Positions 9,857-19,770 of a DNA stretch of 64,000 bases are shown piece by piece. The notes below the pieces were generated by a model, which worked only from the letters and a program-made list of their open reading frames with translations, searched no databases and was not told where the DNA came from. Location of the stretch: positions 2,542,001-2,606,000 of the forward strand of contig OX337234.1 in NCBI GenBank assembly GCA_946965045.2, written 5' to 3'. This DNA is from Epithemia pelagica. Its lineage: Eukaryota > Protista > Bacillariophyta. The translations under genes were made by a program, and so were the position numbers. The stretch's first letter is position 1, and every line of letters begins with the position of its first letter.

Positions 9857-10907
9857 AACAAAACGAAGGAGCAGCCTTCGTGCGATCGTGCATTTCTTCG
9901 TGGAATCGTCCCGGCGGAGCGGTGGATCCCTTCGTGGGGCCAAGGTCCTCCGGTCCCGCACCACTGCGGCAACGAGCGATCCCAGCTCGGGCGGAGTGGC
10001 TTGCGGCGGGACCAGGGCTGGCACGGCACTCCCCGCCGGGAGGACGACGCCAGAACGGGAAACCGGGCGTCCCATGGGGCGGGCCTTTCTCCGGGCATAC
10101 CGTTCGAGGCGAAGGACACGGCGGCAGACTACCGGGTAGAGTAGACTAGTTGTAGCCATCCGAATAGTCGTAGGAATGGCGGAATGCGTTCTCGGTTTTG
10201 TTCCAGCAAGACTACAAGCATGGCACAGGACACCCAAATTTCCCCCTGTCTCCCACAAAACCACAAACATGGAATCATTCTAACAGAGAAGGTAGCGAAT
10301 GGACAGAACCAACAAACAAAAAGGTTCCGAATGGATTTAATTGGTTTAGAAAATAATTGGATGAATGAAACAGAACTCCAAAAGAATCATTCTCTCTTCA
10401 TCTTTGGATCCATGCTTGCGACGATCGCTCGAGTGATCGTAATTGATACGCGGCTTGCTCTGGATTGCTTCTTTTCATGAAGGACTGTTGGGACTAGGCT
10501 TGTGATTGCTGCTTTTCAGGAAGGGCAGCGGGGGACCAAAAGATTTATCTAGAATATTCATCGTCATGCTTTTTCATTTCTTTGAGAGGCCCCAGACCTT
10601 AAATTCGTTTATCGTCGCGCTTCAACTGGTGGAGGGTGCCCTTGACATCGAATAGCTCAGAGCAATCGATGGTTGTTCGTTTGAGGTAAATGGCGTCATG
10701 TCCACTTTTTATCACTAGTTTGTCCTCGGCCATGATGGGGAATACGGCAAACCCATCGTTCTCAGAAGATTCTCGAATATGACTCGGCACGGTCGGAAGT
10801 TGCGGCAGATTCAGAAGAGCTGGCTGCGATTCTGGCTGAGAAATCTTGTGCTCATGCTTGGTACCTTGGTCGTCAAGACCGAGTCCAACAGAAAACGTCC
10901 AAGACGG

Positions 10908-11244
10908 TATTGTCCAACCGACAATATGATCGCTGACGTGTTAACCAAACCACTTCAGGGTGCCAAATTTCACAAACTCCGTCGGCTACTATTAGGATTG
11001 AAGAATGATGATCCTGACTACTAGATCCATCATCCCAGGAGTGTGTTGGAGATACAGCAATATTCGACTACCTGGATTCATGACTGAACGGCCGTTGAAC
11101 AATGAGGAAGAAGAATCGATCTTTCGAAGAATTGAAAGAAGGTCTTCTCCTCATTCTTTTCTTTAAAAGTAAGACTATTTGTAGAACAATATCTTTGCCT
11201 ATTGTCATTAGTCTCGTGACTGTGGCTTTAGTGTATTTCCAACA
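10908..11244 (+). mobile_element. 3' remnant of a Ty1/copia element: RNase H C-terminus, PPT and 201-bp LTR (11044-11244)
   Basis: YCPTDNMIADVLTKPLQGAKFHKLRRLLLG*, then CCCAGGAGTG, then LTR bounded by TGTTGGA...TCCAACA. Confidence 0.85.
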
Positions 11245-11286
11245 GTAATGATATCTTTTCTTTCTTTTCCTCGTTTTGCTGAACAT

Positions 11287-12052
11287 TAGTAGAATTCCGT
11301 CAGTACACGCTCTAGAAGAGCCACAATCGATTACCAACTGATACCAAGGTTCTCCACGGGTCAGAGAACAAAGGAAACCCAAGGGTTCTATCGTAGGGAT
11401 AGTCAGGACACTGAAGATGTGATGATATGGTAATGTTAATGATTGTGAGCTTACTACTAGGTTTGGTGTGTGAGATTTCCATTCTTGTTGTCGATCGTGT
11501 GAAATAGGTTCTTGGCGGTGATAGGTCTGGAATGGTTGGAGTTGATGTATGTGAGGTATATAACATGTATATGTGCTTGTATATCATATACAGCCTCAAC
11601 GATTCTTGGCTAAAGTTGGTATATGTAGTTTTGTTGGCGCGTCCTTGTTTGCAATCTTGAAATAGTGGGAACGATGATATGGTCTCGCGTGATCGTGATT
11701 CGTGCCTTGTGTACTTAGACCGTTGGGTCGGATACACGATTGCCACGCTCGGATAATTCTTGCCCGCATCTTGACGAATTTGGGCGCGCACGCTTAGGGC
11801 ATAGGTCAGGCTCGGATGTTCAACGGATGATCATCCGTTGATGGGATATCAAGACCAAAGTTGATTCTTGATAGCACGTTCGTCAATCTGTTCTCACTTT
11901 TTGGTATATGCGACCGAAATATAGGTTGAGCTAGCGCGAAGCTAGGTATGTAGTGTGGATGTAGGTGATGTAGGTGATGTTTGAAGCCACGGGACTCGAC
12001 TAACCGATGAGATGCCGAACCTAACCGATGATTTTCGGTGAGAGTTCTACTA
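11287..12052 (-). repeat. 3' LTR of the copia element
   Basis: Matches 18749-19514 with three substitutions found by eye. Confidence 0.97.
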
Positions 12053-15000
12053 CTCCCCACAGCTCGTTGGTTCAGCCTTGTCATCGCTGGATTTGTAGAG
12101 ATCTTGAACTTCTCCTCTCCAAAACAATAGGGGCTTGAGTAGAGGCCAAATAGTTGCAAATTCCCAATGCTTGCTGAGGATGTCGGCAGGGTTGGTCTAC
12201 CCATCCTTCCAATAGAATGCAACGTATTGCGCTGCTATCGCTTCTCGTACCCGGTGATATGAAAGGAGATGATGTCTCTTGGACAAGATAGAATGAGGCA
12301 TTGTTGCGTTAACAACCACAGATCGATTGTCTCCAAACAGATAACTGCGATCCCTGATTGGTACTCCAAGGTAACAAAGTGAATGCCGTAATTCAGTGAT
12401 TTGGTCGACTGCTGTCCTTGCTGCCACAAATTCTGATCCATATGTTGCCGTTTCCACAGTGCTCTGTCGTTTGCTGTACCAATCAATTGGTGTCCCATTC
12501 AAGAGATGCAGGATGGCTGTTACAGACTTTCCTGTGATCATGTCGTGCATAAGGTTAGCATCAACATAGTGCGTTGTCGTCACATATCGTCCAAGTGGTT
12601 CTGGGCAATCATGAGGGATGTATTCCTTGGCATCTGAATAGACCGTACGACTCCAATCAAAGTCTTGACTTGGAATGCTTGAGAAATCGAGCTCTCCGAT
12701 TCGGAATCTGATTGCACCATCAGAAAGATTGAAAAGGTATCCATAGATGCGTTTAGCTCTGTTGAGATGTCCCTGTCTTGGAGCTGCGTGGAACCTGGAA
12801 AGGGTCATCGTAGCAGTAAAAACATCAAAGCAACCAATTGTAATCACCCACTGAAGCTGTCCAATCAAGGTCTGGAAGTGCTGTGTACCTTCTTCATCAA
12901 GGAGTTCGGTGTCGTCCAATTCCAGGTGATCACCAGCAATGAGAGGGGTTTTAGCCTTCTTGGGTTTCTCTTTGAAGATACGTTCGAAGGTGTCCATCAT
13001 TTTGCTAATGTATCGGCGTGGATCAGAGACTAGGGTTCCGTCAGGGTCCTTGGTGTACCGGCATCCCAGGTGATAGTCAATAGGTCCATCTCCCTTAAGC
13101 TTGAAGTTGTACTTTTCCTTGAAGACTTTGCAAATGTTTCCAGGGTCAGTAGCTATGATGGCTAAGTCATCCACATATACAGCGATGTATTCGTAGCAAT
13201 CCTCCCCAGGTGCTTTTCTCATCCAAATGTCAGGATCTGCCTTGCTTGGTGAGAAACCCATATCGGTGAGGACGTCAAAAAGGACATCATGCCATCGTGC
13301 GCCTGAAGATTTGAGACCATAGAGGGCCTTGTAGATGATGAGGATGTGACCTTCTAGCTCCCTGAACTCGGGTCCTGCCACAATATATAACTTCTCCCCA
13401 GTCAATGCTTCAAGATACGCATTCCCAATGTCTGCTCCCCATACTTCTAGATCGTTCAGAGATCCAAGGAATAAAGCAATTCGTAGGTTGCGAATAGAAA
13501 CAACTCCAGAGTAGATCGTTTCCACAGGTTCCTTCGTCAAGTGTCCATCTGCAACAAGTCGTGCCTTGTGCCTACCATCATGTTTCACATCAAAAACGAG
13601 ATGCACTCGAATCTTTTGATATCCCTCAGGTGCATTTGATACTTTGCCATTTGTGAAGATGGCCTTCCCATGGTCTTTGAATGTCTCATATGATTGTATC
13701 TGAGACAGTTCCAATTCAGTTGCGTCTTGCCACCTTGTGTTACCATTTTGTTTGTCAAGATTGACAGCCTCGGCGTAATCTCGAGGGACTTGGAATCCAA
13801 ACTTATACTTGACTGATCGACGTACTTGTTTGATCCTTGATTGTTTTGCAGCACGTATCAGGCGTTTACTCGTCTTGACGTAGCGTTTCAGGTGTTTCCA
13901 TCCTGGTTCGTTGAGGAGCCCATGCTTCTTTCCATATATGGCAACGGTGATTGGGTCGTCGTTGGCAATAAGGGAGAGTGGTTCATAGGTTGTCTCCCCA
14001 GTTTCCCAATCCACAAGCAAGTTATACTTACTCCCCTTATAATCCGGGTCGGTTGAAGACAGTGGGCCTTGATGTGCAATAACATCCCTGAAACGGAACA
14101 AATTATCTCCCGAGGTCTGCGCTTGATTGTCCCTCTCAATATACTCCATTAACTGGTTATAAGAGATCATTTCATCAACGTCAGAATTTGTCTTGCGGTA
14201 GATGTACTTGATGCGTTCTTCTTGCTTGAGTGATTCTTCATTAAGATCTACAACTCGTTTGACAACGCGTGCTCGATGACGCTCCCCATTTTCTTCAGTG
14301 TCGCATAGGAAAGTGCGTCCTATCATGTCTTCGTAATCGATTGTAGGCATTGGTTTGGATGGATCTTCACTTTTACTGCGAATGAAGACAGTGTCAGCCT
14401 GCTTATCAGTGTCATCTTTCGGAGACGTCTCCCCTGAAGGTCGATCCACACGAAGGTTGGGTGTAGTGGAAGCGACACGGCGAACAGCGGAACGGTAGAG
14501 GATATGGTTGTCAGCAGACAAAATCTTCCATGTAAAAGCATCACCAACGTTGTGAGCAAAACCAACCCAATGGCCAAGTTTCTCATCGGTCGAAGAAGGG
14601 TAGGGACCAGACGACGGTTCGGAGGGGTCAACACGATAGTAGACTTCATCCCAGAAGGGAAAGAACAGGAGGTGCGAAATGTCGGGAGGGTGACCGGTGA
14701 GAGCCTCAATAGGAGTACGTCCAGAGTGTGCATGTGAAGAAGAATGATTCAATAAGTCACAGACATATTCAAGGCAAAGTAACCAAACATTGGCCGGGCA
14801 TCCAGTTGCATTCATGATAGCGTTCGTCATTCGTTTAACGGTCTGATAACGATTCTCGGCTTTGTTCTGATGCTGGTGGTATGGTTCAGAGCGATACTCC
14901 CCGATGAGCAAGGTGCGAAGGATATCCTTAACCTTATGGGAAATGAGAGATGAACCCCCATCACTAATGAGTGTCTCCATAACACCTCGCATGCGTATAT

Positions 15001-17716
15001 TGTCTTGAAGAGTGTTCACAAATTGCTTGGTAGACTTGATACCGTAAATATCAGTGACAAGAGTATCGCGGCCAACAAAAATTTGAGCCACCTTTCCACC
15101 ATGATCAACAGCAGGTGTATCAGAAAAGATCGAATCGGTAGCAACGGGTTCATGACGACGTGGTAGATTCAGGATAGGGTTGCGTGCCTTGAAATGTTTC
15201 TTGAGAGTGTCATAGTCAAAAATCACATTAGCATGTCGTGTAGTATGCTTGAAAGTATCGGCAATAACTTCCTCGGATTGCCAACCAAAGAAGGGACGAA
15301 ATTGTTTCCAATCATGTTCTTCCACATAACGACGATGGACAGATGCATGTTGAAGGGTTGGATCTTCACCATTAGCATCAGCATAGATAGAGAAATATGT
15401 GGTGTTGTCGGGTCCGTGGTCATAAGGAAGGTCAAGGAGAAGATTGAGATTGCAGACAACACGATCAGTGTACTCCCCATTCGTGTCATATGGATAACGT
15501 GCCATACTGCCGTCGGTCGCAACCTGATGCCATGTAGTAGAAGCATCATGCTGTGGATCTGAATGAGTATGGTCAAGAACAGAGGGGTCCCAAGTAGATG
15601 GCGAAGTAAAGATGATTTGCGGCAATCGGTTCATGTCATCATCAGAAGGGATACCTAATGAGTGGATAAAGGCAAGTCCATCCTTGATACACAGAGGTAA
15701 AGCACGTCCATCAAGGGTAGTGATACGTTGCTTTCCATCCACCTTGACAGAACGTTCATCCACAGATAGCCCATAATGTTCCAATTGACAAGGCGCATGT
15801 ATAGACTGTCCTTTTCCATAGTATGCATATTCGTTGAAGATACCAACGATTGGTCCATCATTAGTTTCAAACTTGGCAGCACAAGTGACAATGGGGAGAC
15901 CAGTAAGTTCATGGTTGTCGATTCCCGCAATCGTGATGTTACGACCTGTTTTGGAAAGGATACGCATATCAGCTCCGGCTAAACCACCATTGGCACCACG
16001 ATCAATGAGTTGATTCCCAGTATAAGTCGACTTTCGAGAGAACATATATTGAGTCATGTGGACCTTCTGCTTGTGCTCATTCTGTTTGAAACTAACTTTC
16101 TTACTCGTCTTAGATGCGGCATTGGATAGAACATTAGACAAATCAGAAGCTGGGTGATTGAGGTCGGTTGACGTCATTGCTTGATGGATGAGATGGGTGG
16201 CTGGATCGGAATCATCCTGCGGATATGTGGGGTTGTCCAGGTCATCGAAAACATCTTGACCAGGGTCAGGATCAGGTTCAGGATCAATGTCAAGGGAGTG
16301 TTGCTGTACTTTTCTTGGACTCGGAGTAGAAGCTTGCACGTTCTTGTTATACTCAACAATCATCTTGCGAGCATCCTCAGGAAGTTTAAACCATAGGTCA
16401 CGAGGAAGACTGGCTTTTGGAGATGCTGTGTTATCATCTTGGACATTGGTATTGTTTATCTGATATGCATCGTCTTCCTGAAGGGATCCCTCAATATCAT
16501 GTTGTGTTTCGTGTTGCTCGTGTTGCTTGACACTACGACGACGACCAGTTGCAGAAGATTGCGTGACTTGATCATGGTCATATGCTGCGTCCATCAAAAT
16601 GGAGAAGTACGACTGATAACATAAAGACTTTGCTCCAGACTTCGTGTTGACGACGTTGTCCAAGATTTTAACTCTGCGAAGGTCAGGTACCTTCTCGACA
16701 GCTTGCATAAGAAACGTCATCCTGGTGTGATCAGGTATGCGATCAGAGAGATCAACAAGGTTATCGAGTAAACGTAGTTTGTCTTGGAAATGAAGCAAAA
16801 ATTGACGTGATGATCCACGCCATGTATCATCGAGGCAAAGGTTGGAGATGTAATTGGTTAATCGTAAGACCTCTCGTTTCGCTAAGTCTGACTTCGTATG
16901 CAATGTGTGAAGCTTCTGTAACACTGCTCGTGCGTCTTCATCATGTTCATGTTCGCGAACATAAGCTCTTCCTTGATCAGTCTGGATGATGCGCACAAGG
17001 ACGGAGTATAGGAAGATTTGTTGCTCTTGGAAAAGTTCTGTTGCATACGTATCATTCGTCGGTGGCTTGTATCGGAAGTCAAGAACATTAGATAAACCTT
17101 GGGCTTTTGCTGTGGTCTTGAAAGTCCTCCAGAACGTGTCGTAGTATCGTTCATCCTTGAATGTTTCATATGCCATAGCGTCACGTTTGGTTCCCTTCTT
17201 GAATGCGGTTAGGTCCAGTTGGGACTGTGATGCAGCAGAAGTAGTACTAAACGATTTGGGTGACGTCGAATGGGATGGAGATTTCATAGGTGATACTGGG
17301 TCATCGATAGGGCTTCCGGAGCGAAAGTCAGTGTTTATCCTCCATAGATCAAATTCTGCCTTGGTCAGATTCATCCAGGTTGCCTTGGAAGGTATACCCT
17401 GAATGTCAATACTCGTTTGTCGGAACCAATGGGCAAGCAACTTGATCTGCTGGCTTATATTGACATGTAGGTCATGCATTTGTTTTCCTGACTTGTATTT
17501 TGTCATACTATCCATGTTCTTCTCAGGGTCAATTGCCATATGTTCAATGATACTAAGGATATCATCAAAAGCATGATGGTGCATCCATTTCACGAATACA
17601 TCGACCCTTTCCTTGGAAAAGTTGAACAACACCTGAGTAATATGATCAAAGACTTCTTGATCAGATATACTTTGATTGGTGTTGAACTCTGGTGTGGTTG
17701 GTGTAGTTGGTTCCAT
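12050..17716 (-). CDS. Copia gag-pol polyprotein with one premature TAG at 12197-12199 in RNase H
   Basis: PR LIDRGANGG; IN VATDSIFSD..ISDGG..QNKAENRYQ; RT KIRVHLVFDVKHDGRHKARLVA..ALYGLKSSG..YVDDL; RH YVDANL..TYGSEFVA..GDN; the frame continues past TAG as TNPADILSKHW..CGE* to 12050. Confidence 0.95.
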
Positions 17717-17929
17717 GATTGCTTGACTTGGTGATAAGATATGTTGATATGTGTCCTGTGATGTCTTAGTCGAAAACTTTAGTTAAAGCTTGTAACCCGG
17801 ATGTGTGGTGTGCCTTGTGAACCCGGATGTGCCACGTATGTCCACGTGTGATGTGATGTCCGAAAGGTAACCCGGATGTGCGGAACTCGGTTTTGTCTCT
17901 GGTTTGGTGTGAAAACTACTTAAAATTAC

Positions 17930-18709
17930 TTAAACGTGGTCACTTCTGGGCTCGTTGTGGTAATCAAGTTGAATCGGAGACTCAGTAACAGAGGCAGCTT
18001 CTTCGTTGCCGTTGTGGTCCTCAACTAGGTGGTTCACTGGTTGGATGAGTAGAGGGAAGATAGTGGCACGGAAGTCCTGGTGCAACTTGATAACGTGGAT
18101 GAAACCAACGTAGTCGTCGAGACGTGTAGTCAAGGTAGGAAGAGGTTGGTTAGTCTTGTTCACGACCCAAATGGTATGGAAGTAATTGACCGGACGCTGG
18201 AAAGTAAGGAAGCGTACCCGAAGGCAGCCTGATGGGGTGGTCGATAGGGTCGTCGCTATGTATCGGTAGCTTGGAGATTGGCATAGCAAGTCTAGGAGTC
18301 GTTGGATATCCTCTAGGTCGACGAAGGGTTGGACGGACTCGAACGAGACCTCGTGTTCGAGCGTCGAACGGATGTGGTCCGGGTCGCTCTGATACTCGGA
18401 TGGCTCGCGGAAGTAACGGAGGTGCGCGTTGATGAGACGGCTCGTACGTCGGGTGCGAGTTGGGTTCGGGCGAGGAGGTGTACTCGGTCGGGGTGCAAGG
18501 GTGTTCGGCGGGCGATTCGGGTCGGACGGCGGAGGGACGACTTGATCGGGAGTCTGGAACGGATTAGGCGCGCTAGCCTTCTCCGGGGAGTTAGAGGGCG
18601 TCTCGATGAGGAATTCGCCAGGGTGGACGGCAATCTGCTGTGTTGGGTCACCACTCTGCTGGAAAGCGTTGTAGATCCGACGGATAGGAGTATTGGAGTC
18701 ACTGGACAT
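17930..18709 (-). CDS. Extra 259-aa ORF (ORF0) between PBS and gag in the copia element; function unknown
   Basis: ATG 40 bp inside the element, same strand as gag-pol; Pro-rich N-half and globular-looking C-half. Confidence 0.6.
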   Translation of the reverse strand: MSSDSNTPIRRIYNAFQQSGDPTQQIAVHPGEFLIETPSNSPEKASAPNPFQTPDQVVPPPSDPNRPPNTLAPRPSTPPRPNPTRTRRTSRLINAHLRYFREPSEYQSDPDHIRSTLEHEVSFESVQPFVDLEDIQRLLDLLCQSPSYRYIATTLSTTPSGCLRVRFLTFQRPVNYFHTIWVVNKTNQPLPTLTTRLDDYVGFIHVIKLHQDFRATIFPLLIQPVNHLVEDHNGNEEAASVTESPIQLDYHNEPRSDHV

Positions 18710-18733
18710 GAAAACTTCGGGGAAATGAGACAG

Positions 18734-18748
18734 GTGAGACTGTTAATC
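18734..18748 (-). promoter_or_regulatory. Primer-binding site complementary to the anticodon arm of tRNA-Asn(GUU)
   Basis: GATTAACAGTCTCAC directly follows the 5' LTR; its complement GTGAGA-CTGTTAA-TC is an Asn anticodon stem-loop. Confidence 0.65.
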
Positions 18749-19514
18749 TAGTAGAATTCCGTCAGTACACGCTCTAGAAGAGCCACAATCGATTACCAAC
18801 TGATACCAAGGTTCTCCACGGGTCAGAGAACAAAGGAAACCCAAGGGTTCTATCATAGGGATAGTCAGGACACTGAAGACGTGATGATATGGTAATGTTA
18901 ATGATTGTGAGCTTACTACTAGGTTTGGTGTGTGAGATTTCCATTCTTGTTGTCGATCGTGTGAAATAGGTTCTTGGCGGTGATAGGTCTGGAATGGTTG
19001 GAGTTGATGTATGTGAGGTATATAACATGTATATGTGCTTGTATATCATATACAGCCTCAACGATTCTTGGCTAAAGTTGGTATATGTAGTTTTGTTGGC
19101 GCGTCCTTGTTTGCAATCTTGAAATAGTGGGAACGATGATATGGTCTCGCGTGATCGTGATTCGTGCCTTGTGTACTTAGACCGTTGGGTCGGATACACG
19201 ATTGTCACGCTCGGATAATTCTTGCCCGCATCTTGACGAATTTGGGCGCGCACGCTTAGGGCATAGGTCAGGCTCGGATGTTCAACGGATGATCATCCGT
19301 TGATGGGATATCAAGACCAAAGTTGATTCTTGATAGCACGTTCGTCAATCTGTTCTCACTTTTTGGTATATGCGACCGAAATATAGGTTGAGCTAGCGCG
19401 AAGCTAGGTATGTAGTGTGGATGTAGGTGATGTAGGTGATGTTTGAAGCCACGGGACTCGACTAACCGATGAGATGCCGAACCTAACCGATGATTTTCGG
19501 TGAGAGTTCTACTA
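18749..19514 (-). repeat. 5' LTR of the copia element
   Basis: Direct repeat of 11287-12052. Confidence 0.97.
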
Positions 19515-19770
19515 AACATTATCGGCAGTTGACTTCCCACCGTCATCGGCAGAAGAAGACCGCATTGAACGAGGCTTCCAACTAGCTCATCGCTTGACTT
19601 GGCCAACTGGTGGGTGCATCTTTCAGGTTTTGGCAAAGCGCAAAGTGACAACAACAAAACAGAAACAGAAAATGAAAATGAAACAGTTCGTACTTCGTGC
19701 GCTCCCAGTGTTCCGTCTGCCTGTCAGCCGGTACGCTTCCGAAAGTTTCATTAGTGTTTCATGCTAGCGA

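Larger units (their letters stand above)
11287..19514 (-). mobile_element. Full-length Ty1/copia LTR retrotransposon (8228 bp, diatom CoDi-like), 5-bp TSD AACAT
   Basis: 766-bp direct LTRs at offset 7462, termini TAGTAGAA..TTCTACTA, AACAT at 11282-11286 and 19515-19519, PPT GTGGGGAG next to the 3' LTR, gag-PR-IN-RT-RH order. Confidence 0.97.

Noticed and set aside
8614-10270. Long overlapping ORFs 8614-10149 (+) and 8708-10270 (-)
   Set aside because: Shadow frames caused by the high GC3 of the GT34 gene; Arg/Pro/Gly-rich with no motifs
10884-10890. TCCAACA as the end of a 5' LTR for the copia remnant
   Set aside because: The upstream 200 bp do not match the 11044-11244 LTR
11312-11791. 159-aa ORF duplicated at 18774-19253
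   Set aside because: Lies wholly within the LTRs, has a non-ATG start and no protein features; duplication is explained by the LTRs
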